Assembly: GCF_963921235.1 (NCBI RefSeq)
Contig: NC_086108.1
Coordinates: 100,070,001 to 100,134,000 of the forward strand
Source: Mobula hypostoma
Lineage: Eukaryota
DNA length: 64,000 bases
Direction: 5' to 3'
Each line of letters begins with the position of its first letter. Positions within the stretch are counted from its first letter, which is position 1. The notes under the pieces are model-generated. The model did not search any database. It had not been told where the DNA came from and was given only the letters and a program-made list of their open reading frames with translations. Made by a program: the position numbers and the translations under genes. Of this stretch, positions 1 through 12,770 are shown piece after piece.

Positions 1-127
1 TGCCGGTGACGGACTGGGTTGTATCCATTACGTTCTGGAGACTCTTCCATTCTTGGACATTGATGTTTTCATACCAGGCCATGATGCAACCAGTCGGGAT
101 ACTCTCCACTGTGCATCTGTAGAAGTT
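1..127 (-). mobile_element. Rex1/Babar LINE 3' ORF fragment
   Basis: Minus strand encodes FYRCTVESIPTGCIMAWY, a motif shared with many copies in the window. Confidence 0.7.
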
Positions 128-780
128 TCTCACATGGAGCGATGGCAGGAAAGGAAATTAGGCAAATAAAATTTGGAAGGAAGCATGGCTCATCAAGTGA
201 GGAACTGGACAAAGTAGAAGATGTAAAAACATTTTCTCTTTCAATAATTTCAGAATTAAAGTGGGCAACAAAGAGAAAATGATCATCCACTCTTTGTTAA
301 GTTCCACTAAGTAATATATTGCTGCTGGCTTTTAAGAAATCATATTGGACAATTTAGTAAAAGTTGGCTGGTGTTTATTGTTCTGTACTTTGAATCATAC
401 TTACCTTGTGAAGCAGAAGGCAAAAAACATAATTCCATTGTAAAATATGGATTAATATACTACATCGTCTGCACAAACAGATTGAAAGTTTTTGCTGGAG
501 AGGTGCATAGTGTGGAATATCAATACAATATATAATAAAGGCTATCCTCACTAGTTTAATAATATATAAGGATGCACACACAGTTACATGTTTAATAGTT
601 ACCCTATTTTCTCATAAGATAGCATTTGGATGGATTTACAGTCAGCAGAGATGTTGAGTAAACCAATATGTACTTGCAGCTATAATTTTATTTGAATTTT
701 GCAAAATGAATTGCAGTAATAATTACAAGTCAACAGATGTGAGTTATTGCCATGCTGTTTCTCTGCCTTGTTTTTCCTAG

Positions 781-814
781 CTATGGGCTATTTATGTGCA
801 AAGCAACAGACATG
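781..814 (+). CDS. Candidate 34-bp internal coding exon of an unidentified membrane protein
   Basis: Pyrimidine tract plus acceptor (tttctctgccttgtttttcctag) and donor ATG|gtaaga. Reads (x)YGLFMCKATDM and joins in frame to exon 1916-2121. Confidence 0.5.
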
Positions 815-1052
815 GTAAGAGATTTGTGTTCATAGAGTGGTACAATGAGGCAACATGGAAGAAAGTGCTTAGGCTACCTCTCTGAAGGAGCTCTCCAGTC
901 CCAAGACCCTGCCAGTGCCTCCCCCTTTCATTGGCAAATCTGTTATTCAGTTTTCTACCATTGCTCTTCCCATATCACCAGGTTTAGTAACAGTTCCTAC
1001 TCTTCAACCATCATGCTCCTGAACCAGCGTGGATAACTTCACTCACCTCAGC

Positions 1053-1241
1053 CATGGATGCGTGGGTTTCCTCTGGGTGCTCCGGTTTCCTCCCGCAGTC
1101 TAAAGACACACCAGTTGTGAGGGTAATTGATCATTGTAAATTGTCCCATGATTAGGCTAGGATTAAATTGAGGGACTGAGAGCGGCATGGCTCGAAGGCC
1201 CTATTCTGCACCGTATCTCAGCAATAAACAAACAAATAAAT
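1053..1241 (+). mobile_element. V-SINE (HE1-like), 5'-truncated
   Basis: V-domain gcgtgggtttcctctgggtgctccggtttcctccc and A-rich tail. Confidence 0.75.
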
Positions 1242-1379
1242 GAACTAACTTTAAATACCACTATTCTGAACTGATTTCATGAGCTACAGACTCACCTTCA
1301 AGGACTCTTACAACTTTTAGCTACAGCTAGTACAGTACTTTAAGACTTTTTATGGATAGCACTTTTCGAGGTACAGTAC

Positions 1380-1866
1380 AGGTACATCTGCCTCCAAGAT
1401 GCACTATAGAAAGCATCCCATCTGGATGCCTCACAGGTTGGTATGGCAGTTTTGAAATGGGTGGATACACCATCCAGCCTATGCTCCCTGCTCTCTTCTC
1501 ACTGCTGTCATCATGAAATAGGTACAGGAGCCTTGGGTCCCACACCGTCAGGTTCAGGAACGGTTGTTGTCCTTCAACCATCAGACTCTTGAACCAGCGT
1601 AGATAACTTCACTCACCTCCACACTGACCTGATTCCACAACCTACAGGCTCAAGGACTCTGCAACCCATGCCTTCAGTATTATTCAGTTATTAGTATTCT
1701 TCTGTATTTGCACAGTTTGTCTTCGTTTGCACATTGGTTATTTGTCAGTCTTTGCATGTGTGCAGTTTTTCATTGATTCTATTGTACATCTTTGTTCTAC
1801 TGTGAATGCCTGCAAGAAAAAGGACTCAGAGTAGACTTTGATAACAAGTTTACTTTGAGCTTTGAA
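1380..1866 (+). mobile_element. Rex1/Babar LINE 3' end
   Basis: Decayed RCTIESI...WYG...RYRS frame, followed by the 3' UTR ending in tttga-type repeats. Confidence 0.65.
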
Positions 1867-1915
1867 TCTTAGGCAGTGCAGCCCAGGAAGTAACTTTCTC
1901 TTTCTGTGTCCACAG

Positions 1916-2121
1916 TACCACTTGCGGAACAGCTCAGCATGGAAGCTGTTTGCATTGCGCTGGCAGAACTGGATGATTCTCGGGTTAATCCTGGGCCTGA
2001 TGGTGATTGTGCTATTCACCGTGTACTGGATGATGACTGCCTTCAGCAACCCACCACCCCACTTCCTTTTCAAAGCTGCTTCCATTTGCTTCGGGTTGAT
2101 ATCGGAAATCTTGCTGATCAG
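1916..2121 (+). CDS. Candidate 206-bp internal coding exon with about two transmembrane segments
   Basis: Acceptor ctttctctttctgtgtccacag and donor CAG|gtgagt. Open frame YHLRNSSAWKLFALRWQNWMILGLILGLMVIVLFTVYWMMTAFSNPPPHFLFKAASICFGLISEILLI with G/C-rich third codon positions. Non-repetitive sequence. Confidence 0.7.
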
Positions 2122-2477
2122 GTGAGTAGAAGCAGTAATTTTGCCTCCTGTGTTTTCGAGGTTGCAAATGAGCATTTTGGCGCCAAACATCTGCCCTCGT
2201 CAGGGCCCAGTGTCTGCAAATCCGTGAGTCCACTGGAGTGGCTGAAGATGTCCTGTTCTGGGGTGTGGGTTGCTGAGAGGGAGCGAGGTTAGAATGGGCC
2301 TAATTTTGCTCTTTATGCTTTGTTACTTGAAATGTTCTGTATTGTTTTGCCGAGCATTGTCAGCATGCCGTGTTGGGTCCAGAATGTCTGGTGACAATTG
2401 TAGGCTGAACCCGGCACATCTTTTGGTTTGTCGGCCGTTAACACAAATGACACATTTCACTGTATATTTCAATAACA

Positions 2478-3190
2478 TCACAGAAAGATACAGCACAGAA
2501 ATAGGCCCTTCAGCCCATCTAGTCCATGCCAAACCATTTAAACTGCCTACTCCAATCGACCTGCACTGGGACTACAGCCCTCCATATCCCTACCACCCTT
2601 TTACCTATCTAAACTTCTCTTAAATGTTGAAATCAAGCTTGCATGCACCACTTGCACAGGCAGCTCATTCCATACTCTCATAACCTTCTGAACGAAGAAG
2701 CTTCCCCTCATATTCCCCTTAAAAATTTTACCCTTCACCCTTAACAAATAACCTCTGGTTTTAGTCTCACCCAATCTCAGCAGAAAAAGCATTTACCCTA
2801 TCTATACCCCTCATCATTTTGTATACCTTTATCTAATTTCCACTCAATCTTCTATGTTCCAAGGATTAAAGTCCAAACCTTTTCAATCTTTCCTTATAAC
2901 TCTGGTCCTCCAGACGTGGCAACATCCTTGTAAATTTTCTCAGTACCCTATCAACTTTATTTTCTTGTAGGTAGGTGACCAAAACTGCACACAATACTCC
3001 AAATTAAGCCTCACCAACACCTTCTACAACTTCAACATAACATCCTAACTCCTGTACTCAATTTATGAAGGCCAAAGTGCCAAAAGCTTTCTTCACAATC
3101 CTATCTACCTGTGATGCCACTTTCAATGAATGATGGACTTGTATTCCCAGATCTTTTTGTTCTACCACACCGCTCAGAGCCCCACTGTTC
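2478..3190 (-). mobile_element. CR1 LINE 3' fragment
   Basis: Minus-strand remnants of EYCVQFWSP and VRVWNELP, plus CR1-type 3' UTR. Confidence 0.75.
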
Positions 3191-3957
3191 ATTGATCCAC
3201 ATTCAAAATAATTGTATTATCAAAGTACATATATGTAACCACATACTACCATGAGATTCATTTTCTTGGAAGCATTTACAATAGAATAAATAAATCTGAA
3301 TCTGAATTTCTTGAAAGGCTTCCTAGCCAATGACTTCAAGAAAGCGCATCACATTTTTGCCATGTAGAAACTGCTTGCAAAACTGACTGACTAAGAGCTT
3401 TAGGTCTGTTTCAGATCATTAAGCATTACAAGTCTATGCATGCTTAACTTCCTATCTTCAGTAAACATCCAATGCAAAATATAAGCTGAATTTGTTCTGC
3501 TTGGCTGAACACTAAATGAGGAACATGTGTTCACCATTGGTACTCTGCACAGTAGTAGTGGAGTCGAGTGTGATACCCTCCAAAGAGGATGTTTATTGGC
3601 AGTCTTCAGGTGGTTGTAGAGGCCGATCCTGGACCAACATAACCAGGATGTTAGGGAGGGTTTCTTTAATCGAGGACATCTGTATGTAATGTTGTTTATT
3701 GTGGGGAGGCTGAGACATGGGCAGCCACCACACGGTCCCTGACAGATCAGGATTAGTGTCCACTGGCATGGAATGCAAGATGGCTGGGGACCCATCACTG
3801 CAGCATCTTTCCTCCACCTTCACTGCCATGGTGATATGTCATCATCTTCCGCCAGGTCACTAGAACGACTACTGGACAATCATTCTACTCACTCATCACT
3901 GTATTGTGTACTTTTATACAATGAAAGTGAGATCCCTTCTACCAAAGCAAGACAGTT

Positions 3958-4880
3958 GACACACACAAAATGCTTGGAGGAACTCAGCATGTCTGCAGCA
4001 TCTATGCAGGGAAATTAACCCTTCATCAGGGTTTCAAGCAGCACACATAAAAATTGCTGGTGAACGCAGCAGGCCAGGCAGCATCTATAGGAGGAGGTAC
4101 AGTCGACGTTTCGGGCCGAGACCCTTCGTCAGGACTAACTGAAAGAGGAGATAGTAAGGGATTTGAAAGTGGGAAGGGGAGGGGGAGATCCGAAATGATA
4201 GGAGAAGACGGGGGGGGGGGAGGGAGCTAAGAGCTGGACAGGTGACTGGCAAAAGGAATATGAGAGGATTATGGGATGGGAGGCCTAGGGAGAAAGAAAG
4301 GGGGAAGGGGAAGCCCAGAGATGGGCAAGGGGTATAGTGAGAGGGACAGAGGGAGAAAAAGGAGAGAGGAAAAAAAAAAGTATAAATAAATAAATAAATA
4401 ACAGATGGGGTACGAAGGGGAGGTGGGGCATTAACGGAATATGAAGGGGAGATGGGGGTTTCAAAAATTGTTTGTTTTCCCTCAGTCTGGTGGCCTCTCA
4501 TCCCTTTTCTTCTCTTCCCCGTTTACTGCCTCCTTCTCCTTATTCAATGGTCTACTGTCCTCTCCTATCAGATTCTTTCTTCTTCAACCCTTATGTCTTC
4601 CACACATCACCTCCCAGCTTCTCACATCATTCCCTTTCATCCCCCTTCTCCCAGCCATCCAGCTTCCCCCTCACCTGACCTCACCTATTGCCTGCCAGCT
4701 TGTACTCTTCCCCCCTCCCCACACTTTTTTTTATTTTGTCTTTTGTCCCCTTTCTCTCCAGTGTTAGGCAAGGGTATCAGCCTGTTCATTTCCATCCTTA
4801 GATGCTCCTTGACCTGCTGAATTCTTCTCACATTTTGTGTGTGTTTTGTTCAAGATTTCCAACATCTGCAGCATCTTTTG
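3958..4880. mobile_element. Compound Penelope-derived fold-back: older outer arms with a younger Neptune terminal segment (about 4034-4438, minus) inside
   Basis: Outer acacaaaatgcttggaggaactcagca ... ctgctgaattcttctcacattttgtgtg inverted arms. The inner segment matches 56595-57000 and ends at the endonuclease stop codon. Confidence 0.7.
4101..4136 (-). ncRNA. Minimal type I hammerhead ribozyme motif (intact core)
   Basis: Minus strand AGUC-CUGACGA-A-GGGUCUCGGCCC-GAAA-CG-UC^-GACU: stem I AGUC/GACU, stem II GGGU/GCCC, all core bases present. Confidence 0.8.
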
Positions 4881-5529
4881 CGTCAGCAATTACTATCAAG
4901 AGAGATAAATTTACTGAAACTGACAAGGGCGTGTACACTTGATCTCAAAATGGCAAAGGGGATCTAATTCTTTAAGACTAAGAATGTCAGGGACGAGAGG
5001 AAAGGGGAGATGCTGGGATTTGAGGGAAAATAGTTTGGTGTGCCTCAGGAAGGAGTGATGTCCCGAAAGAAGAAGTGATAGAAGTAGTAAGGGATACCAT
5101 TACATAAACAAACAACTCGTAATCCATAGAGTCAGAAAGGTATAGATTCATACTGCAGAAATAGGCCCTTTGACTTATTGTATCCATAGCAACCATTAAG
5201 TACCTATCTACACTAATCCCATTGCCCAACACTCGGTCTGTAACTGTCTATGTCATTTCATTTCAGGTACTTGTTTAAGTACTCACCGCCTGCCTGTTGT
5301 CTTATACTTCTCCACATTCCACTAATCACCCCAGAATCGTTTCTCACCACTCCACTTCTGTGATTTCTACTGTCCATCTTGCCTCTCTGCTTTCAGAGCA
5401 GATGCAAGATATCGGACCAAAGTGTCAGCAATTCCTTCCCTCCCACAGATGCTGCTTAAACCATACTGCGATCCCCCAGCATACAATTTGTTACCCATGT
5501 AAGTAATTCTTAAATGTTGTGAGAGTGGA

Positions 5530-6212
5530 CCATAAGGCCATAGGCCACAGAAGCAGAATTAGACCATTCAGCCTATTGAGTACGCTCTGCCATTCTATCA
5601 TGCTGGTTTAGTTTTAGTCTCAACCCCATTCTCCTGCCTGATCACTGTGAACTTTGACATCCTTACTAATCATGAACCTACCAACCTCCACCTTAAATAT
5701 GCCCAGTAACTTGGCCTCCACAACTGTCTGCGGCAATGAATTGTACAGATTCTGGCTGAAGAAATTCCTCCACATGTCTGTCCTAAAGGGAGGTCCTTGT
5801 ATTCTGAAGCTGTGCCACCTGGTCCTAGATTCTCCAAATATATTTGAATCATTCTCTCCACATCCATTCTGTCAAGACCTTTCAATATTTAGTAGCTCTA
5901 AATGAAATCCCACCCTCATGCTTCTAAAATCCAGTAAGTACAACCCCTTTCAATTCCGAATAATTCTCGTATATTTCTTCTGGATCCTCTCCAATGCCAG
6001 AGCATCCTTTCTTAGATATAGGGTCCAAAACTGCCCAGAATACCCAAAAGTGGCCTAAACAATGCCTTCGAAAGTCTCAGCATTACACCCCTGCCTTTAT
6101 ATACTAATTCTCTTGAAATGAATGCTAACATTGCATTTGCCTTCCTTACCACCGACTCAACCTGTGAGTTAATTTTTAGTGAATCCTGCGTTAAGGTTTA
6201 CAAATCTCTTTG
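5530..6212 (-). mobile_element. CR1 LINE 3' fragment
   Basis: KGLDRMDVERM and LAFISR-type remnants, CR1 3' UTR. Confidence 0.7.
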
Positions 6213-6214
6213 AC

Positions 6215-6454
6215 ATACAGTGTGGAATAGGCCCTTCTGGTCCACCCAGCAATACCCCGTTTTAATCCTGGCCTAATCATGGGACAATTTACAATGACCA
6301 ATTATCATCAAACGGTACATCTTTGGACTGTGGGAGAAAATCCGTAGAGTCACGTGGAGAACTTACAAAGTCCTTACAGAGAGCGGCAGGAATTGAACCT
6401 GGGTCACTGGTACTGTAAAGTGTTGTGCTAACCATTACACTACCATGCTGCCCC
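6215..6454 (-). mobile_element. V-SINE (HE1-like)
   Basis: tRNA-like head on the minus strand (ggggcagcatggtagtgtaatggttagc...ggttcaattcc), decayed V-domain, CR1-like tail. Confidence 0.7.
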
Positions 6455-7585
6455 AACGAAATATACGGTAAAGTTATATCTATTGAACAGTATACAACCA
6501 TGGCAGGACTTGAAACTGCAGTCTTTTAATCATTACGATATACATTACTGGAGTCAGATGCCTTCCCCACTAGGCTGCATTTCTGAATTTGATCTTATTT
6601 AGAAAATAGTCTGCATCTTTATTCCTTTTCAAATTTAAAGTACACACTTGTCACCACATACTATCTTGAGATTCATTTTCTTGCAGGCATTTACAGGAAA
6701 ATAAAGACATGCAATAGAACTGACGAAAAACTATACAAAAATTATGTCTGGCAAACAACCAATGTTCAAAGGAAGCAAATTGTGCAAATAAAATTCAATG
6801 ATGTACCAAAGTGGATGACCATACACTTCCTTCCTCTGTAATCCACCTGCCATTTCTTTGCCCATTCTTCTAATGTGCCCAAGTCTTGCAGACTTCCCGC
6901 CTCCTCAACACCATCTGCCCCTCCACCTATCTTTGTGTTGTCCTTTCTGCACTACCCCATTAAACAGTTTTAAATGGAGAAAAGACAAAACTCACTGAAG
7001 ATGGCAAAGCCAAGAAGTAAAATTTAGAAACTCTCACCATTTCAGTATCTTGAATGTTTATATTGTTTTAATTCACCTACTGTATGTATATTGGTTTATC
7101 ACCTCTGTGCTCTTGAAAGAACTTATATTGTGAGTTAGTAAACATTCAGTATGCATGTAATAAAATCCATGGCACTTCCTTACTATCTAACGTCAGTGTG
7201 GCTATTTAACATGTAGCTATCTCTGGGAATACCAGTAGATTACCTCAAGCATTTAATTCTGGGATCATTGAAGCATAGAACCATAGAACATTACAGCACA
7301 GAAACAGGCCTTTTGGCCCTTCTTGGCTGTGCCGAACCATTTTTCTGCCTCGTCCCAATGACCTGCACCTGGACCATATCCCTCCATACACCTCTCATCC
7401 ATGTACCTGTCCAAGTTTATCTTAAATGTTAAAAGTGAGCCCACATTTACCACTCCATCTGGCAGCTCATTCCACACCATTCTCTGTGTGAAGGAGCCCC
7501 CCCCCAATGTTCTCTTTAAACTTTTCCCCCTTCACCCTTAACCCATGTCCTCTGTTTTTTTTCTCCCCTCGACTCAGTGGAAAAA

Positions 7586-8227
7586 CACAAACAACAGGAA
7601 TTCTGCAGATGCTGGAAATTCAAGCAATACACATCAAAGTTGCTGGTGAACGCAGCAGGCCAGGCGGCATCTCTAGGAAGAGGTACAGTCGATGTTTCAG
7701 GCCGAAACCCTTCTTCAGGACTAACTGAAGGAAGAGTGAGTAAGAGATTTGAAAGTTGGAGGGGGAGGGGGAGATCCAAAATGATAGGAGAAGACAGGAG
7801 AGGGAGGGATGGAGTCAAGAGCTGGATAGGTGATTGGCAAAAGGAATACGAGAGGATAATGGGACAGGAGGTCCAGGAAGAAAGACAAGGGGGGGGGACC
7901 CAGAGGATGGGCAAGGGGTCCCTCTGAATATATCCCTTGCCCATCCTCTGGGTTCCGCCCCCCTTGTCTTTCTTCCCGGACCTCCTGTCCCATGATCCTC
8001 TCGTATCCCTTTTGCCAATCACCTGTCCAGCTCTTGGCTCCATCCCTCCTCCTCCTGTCTTCTCCTACCATTTTGGATCTTCCCCTCCCTCTCCAACTTT
8101 CAAATCTCTTACTTACTCTTCCTTCAGTTAGTCTTGCCGAAGGGTCTCAGCCTGAAACATCAACTGTACCTCTTCCTAGAGATGCTGCCTGGCCTGCTGC
8201 ATTCACCAGCAACTTTGATGTGTGTTG
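7586..8227. mobile_element. Non-autonomous Neptune Penelope-like fold-back element with 13-bp TSD
   Basis: Inverted arms about 7623-7917 and 7934-8229. TSD ctcagtggaaaaa at 7573-7585 and 8228-8240. Hammerhead motifs at 7687-7722 (-) and 8130-8165 (+, decayed). Confidence 0.9.
7687..7722 (-). ncRNA. Minimal hammerhead ribozyme motif
   Basis: AGUC-CUGAAGA-A-GGGUUUCGGCCU-GAAA-CA-UC-GACU. Confidence 0.65.
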
Positions 8228-10004
8228 CTCAGTGGAAAAAGCCTGCTTGCATTCACTCTATCTATACCCATCATAATTTTATATACCTCTTTCAAATCTC
8301 CCCTCATTCTTCTACGCTCCAAGGAATAAAGTCCTAACCTATTCAACCTTTCTCTGTAACTCAGTTTCTCAAGTCCCGGCAACATCCTTGTTAAACCTTC
8401 TCTGCACTCTTTCAACCTTATTAATATCCTTCCTGTAATTTGGTGACCAAAACTGCACACAGTACTCCAAATTCGGCCTCACCAATGCCTTATACAACCT
8501 CACCATAACATTCCAACGCTTATACTCAATACTTTGATTTATAAAGGCCAATGTACCAAAAGCTCTCTTTATGACCTTATCTACCTGTGATGCCACTTTT
8601 AGGGAACTTTGTATCTGTATTCCCAGATCCCTCTTTTCTACTGCACTCCTCAGTGCCTTACCATTTACCCTGTATGTTCTACCTTGGTTTGTCCTTCCAA
8701 AGTGCAATACCTTACACCTGTCTATATTAAACTCCATCTGCCATTTTTCAGCCCATTTTTCCAGCTGGTCCAAATCCCTCTACAAGCTTTGAAAACCTTC
8801 CTCACTGTCCACTACACCTCCGATCTGTGTATCATCAGCAAATTTGCTGATCCAATTTACCACATTATCATCCAGATCATTGATATAGATGACAAGTAAC
8901 AATGAACCCAGCATTGATCAGGAGAAGAGCTTTCTGATCAGCTTTGACTGAGAACACCAGCAAAAATACGGAAGCACTCCAAGATATCCTGATGTTCTTC
9001 CGACGGGAACTGTTGAGCATGAGCCTCTTCCAAATAAGTTGAGAGGCTTCTCTGCAATGAGGGCCGAGCAGTTTGTGATCATGTTGCCCAATTGGAGAGA
9101 GCAAGGAAACTTTCATCTGAACGGCTGCACTATAGGAGAGCTGAGCAGCAGAGGACTTCCAAGCTTATAGGCAAACATATTGCATACAGAAGTGAAGACT
9201 AAGAACTTGTGAAAATAAAGAACACTCTGAGTAGACTGATATTGACTGTGCTCAGGGCACTATTGGCCATCATTGGGAATTCAGTCCAACACGAGGCCCA
9301 AGCCTCAAGGCATGTGGAAGAGAAAGAGTCATTTCCTGGGTAATCAGACCAATATACCATAAACCAACACAATGACTATCCTGGAAGAGTGCAACAGGAC
9401 CTGCTGTATTCACCAATATAACACCAGTCCTTGCATGGCAGAATGGGCTTTGATTTCAAATGCTCTTTGACACATTCCACTGAGATGAGATTCGAAAGCT
9501 ATGTAGAGCTTTCTTGGATTTGTTCTACTTTCGATCAAAGCTGTGTTGCAGGGATAAAAGTTCACTTTCCGTTATCATAGAGGTAAAGAATCACAGCGAG
9601 GCATATTATTCAATCAGGCCCTTCAGCGACATAGGAGCAGAATTAAGCCATTCTTCCACTGAGTCTGCTGTACAGGCCAGGCCATTGGATATATTTAAAG
9701 CAGAGGTTGATAGATTCTTTTTTAATCAAGGTGTCAAAGACTATGGGGAGAATGCAGGAGAATGAGGTTGAGAGGGATAATAAATCAGCCGTGATGGAAT
9801 AGCAGAGCACACTTGGCCTGATTCTGCTCCCATGTCTTATGTGACTAATTTACCAACATTTTGGAAGGCAAATCTCAACTGCTTAAGTTGCAACAAATTA
9901 AGTTGAAGTCAAAGTAAATATATTGCTAAAGTATGCATACTGTATACTGCCTTGAGATTCATTTTCTTGTAGGCATTTACAGAAAAATAAATATAATATA
10001 ATTG

Positions 10005-10466
10005 TATTGGAACGTTTGAAGGCGCTGGGTCTGTACTTGCTGGAATTCAGAAGGATGAGGAGGGACCTCATTGAAACCTTTTGAATGTTGAAAGGCCTGA
10101 ACAGAGTAGATGCGGTAAGGATGTTTCCCATGGTGGGAGAGTCTAGGACAAGAGGGCAGAGCCTCAGGATAGAGGGGCGTCAATTCAAAAGAGAGATGCG
10201 GAGAAATTTCTTTAGCTAAAGGTGGTGAATTTGTGGGATTTGTTGCCACATGCAACTGTGGAGGCCAGGTCATTGGGTGTATTTAAGGCAGAGATTGATA
10301 GGTTCTTGATTGGACATGGCATCAAAGGTTACGGGGAGAAGGCCAGGAACTGGGGTTGTAGAGGAGATAGAAAAGAAAAGAATCAGCCATGATTGAATGA
10401 TGGAGCAGACTCGATGGGCCAAATGGCCTAATTCTGCTCCTATGTCTTATGGTCTTATGGTCTTAT
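10005..10466 (+). mobile_element. CR1 LINE 3' end
   Basis: LGLYLLEFRRMR...KGLNRVD frame and (tcttatgg)n octamer tail. Confidence 0.85.
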
Positions 10467-11764
10467 AATTCTTGAAAACATATAATTAGATTAGATTCAA
10501 CTTTATTGTCATTGTGCCGAGTACAGAAACAAAGCCAATGAAATGCAATTAGCACCTGACCAGAAGTGCAAAAGAATAGTATTATTTACAAAATAACTGC
10601 AAATAAAAAGTAAGTGCTACCGTAAACAAATATAAAAGTAGTGAGACAGTCCAATATGGGTGCAATACTGCTTGGCGCTGTGCTATGAGGGTCAATGAAC
10701 AAATACTGATAAGCAACCAATGTGCAAAAGAAAAAAATTGTCAAAATAAAAATCAGTAATACTGAAAACATGAGTTGTAGATTAATCAGAAACAGAATCC
10801 TTAGAAGTGACTCCATAGGTTGTGGGGTCAGTTCAATGTTGATGTGAGTGAAGTTACCCCCATCGGTTCAGGAGCCTGATGGTTGAAGGATAGTAACTGT
10901 TCCTGAACCTGGTGGTGTGGGACCAAAACAATATTTAAAAAAAACAATATAATCAGTTATATTTCAGAACTCTGGATATGGAGCATGAAAATGGTGTCTG
11001 AGAAGTGAAAGTTTATTACTTAATTCTGAGCATCAAAGGAAGTTGCTGATATGAAAACTATGGTTGAATTGACAAAATATGTATTCTATAATTCAGCTTC
11101 TTTAAACTTGAGCTTCTTTAAATTCAGTTTCCTTAAACGTGAGGTAGTACATTTTGATTTAAAAAATTAATGTTATGCTTTAATAGTAGAAAATAGTGTT
11201 AGAAAGCAAGAAGATTGAGAGAAGGGAGTGAGTTCAGATTCTCTAAATTTTAAAAGCAGCATCATAGCTGACTACACTTGATGAGACAACAGTTTTTATG
11301 GCAGAAGTTATTGAAAATAGAAGATGAAATGTGGTGGTGAATTTATAGAAACATTTCATAAAAGCGCAGTCAGAATTGTGTTTGGACTCAATTCAATAAG
11401 CAAGAAGTTCAGGCAATAGAAAAGGTGTAACACAAATTTAGCAAGTATAAAGTGTGATGAGCAAGGAAATTTTGGACAATCTTCGAAGTGTGGATGACAA
11501 GAGGAACTTTAGTGTCCAACAATCCTTAAGTGTGGCACAGCAAGTTGATCAGATGGGATAAAGAAATAAATAGGTTGTGTGGATTATAAACAGAGGAACA
11601 GAATATAAATATTGTGTACAAATCTAGGCACTCTAAAATACTGTGGAGGTTTACCAGCAATTATGTTAGGATGGAAATGTTAAGGCTGTGCTCTTTGAAG
11701 GACAGCAAGTTAAAATGTGATCTGTGACAACTTTAAACTGAAAAGTTTTATCAGATTTTGTTTC

Positions 11765-12090
11765 TTCATTATGTATAATGTCGTATGATGTGTCAGTCAT
11801 GATCTTTTCATGACCATGATTGTTCCTGGCAATTTTTTCTACAGAAGCGGTTTACCATTGCCGCCTTCCGTATCAATACTCTTCAGAGATGGTCTGCCTG
11901 GCATCAGTTGTAGCATAACTTGGACTTGTGATATGCACTTGCTGCTCATATGACCTTCCCATGGCTTCACATGACCCTGATCAAAGAGCTAAGCAGGTGC
12001 TACGCCTTGCCTAAGGGTCACCTGCAGTCTTGTGGAGGGAAGAAGAGCCTTACACCTTCTTCAGTAGAGACGTATCTCCAGACTGCCGCC
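11765..12090 (-). mobile_element. Non-autonomous RTE-related SINE
   Basis: Homologous to 46531-46908. Minus strand has ggaaggcggcaatggtaaaccgcttctg, resembling the Bov-A/BovB-type motif. Confidence 0.55.
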
Positions 12091-12502
12091 CATTTGATAG
12101 ATTAGAGCGAGAAAAACTATTCCTTCTGGTGAGTGCATCTTGAAGTCAGCAAGAATGCATATGAGGCATGACTGAATTCTCAGTATCAAAAATTAAGGAC
12201 ATAGTAGTGGGTATATATATTTACACCTCCAAAAAGCGTCAAATTTAAATCTGTTTGCATACCCTCAAAAGAGACCTAAGGTAACAAGACAAAGGGTTGT
12301 TGGGAAATAGAGCAATTAAACTGAATTACTCAGAGGCAGCAGAGAAATGATGGGCTGAATAGCAGTGATACGAATTGCTGCAATCCTGTGCTGTCTAATT
12401 TGAGTTATGACAATTACAGGGAAGGAATTTTCATCAGACCGCGGTGCTTTTGCAGAGTAATTTCCAGAGTAAACATTAAAGTAGAGGCTGAATGAAAATG
12501 GA

Positions 12503-12770
12503 TGGCTTAGTGGTTAGCATATTACAGGTGATCCGGGTTCAACTCCCTCCACTGCCTGTAAGGATTTAGTACGTTTTCACCATGACTGCGTGGGTTTCTT
12601 CCAGATGCTCCAGTTTCCTTCCACAGTCCAAAGATGTACTGGTTGGTAGGTTAATTTGTCGTTGTAAATTGTTCTGTGATTAGGCTAGAATTAAATCAGG
12701 GGATTGCTAGGTGGCGTGGCTCAAATACCAGAAGGGCATATTCCATGCTGTTTCTCAATAAATAAATTAA
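12503..12770 (+). mobile_element. V-SINE (HE1-like)
   Basis: A-box/B-box-like head (tagtggttagc, ggttcaactcc) and V-domain gcgtgggtttcttccagatgctccagtttcc. Confidence 0.75.

Larger units (their letters stand above)
7275..8918 (-). mobile_element. CR1 LINE (RT C-terminus to 3' UTR), interrupted by a hairpin element
   Basis: ORFs 8369-8773 (WAEKWQMEFN...LVRPNLEYCVQFWSP) and 8203-8460. KFADD remnant near 8830. Confidence 0.9.

Noticed and set aside
1906..2292. 128-aa ORF overlapping the candidate exon in another frame
   Set aside because: Its T-rich third positions are the shifted shadow of hydrophobic codons in the 1916 frame, which has the better codon bias.
3662..3700. FFNRGHLYVM resembling the Helitron helicase motif FSHGQLYVA
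   Set aside because: Short, isolated match with no other helicase motifs and a nearby stop.
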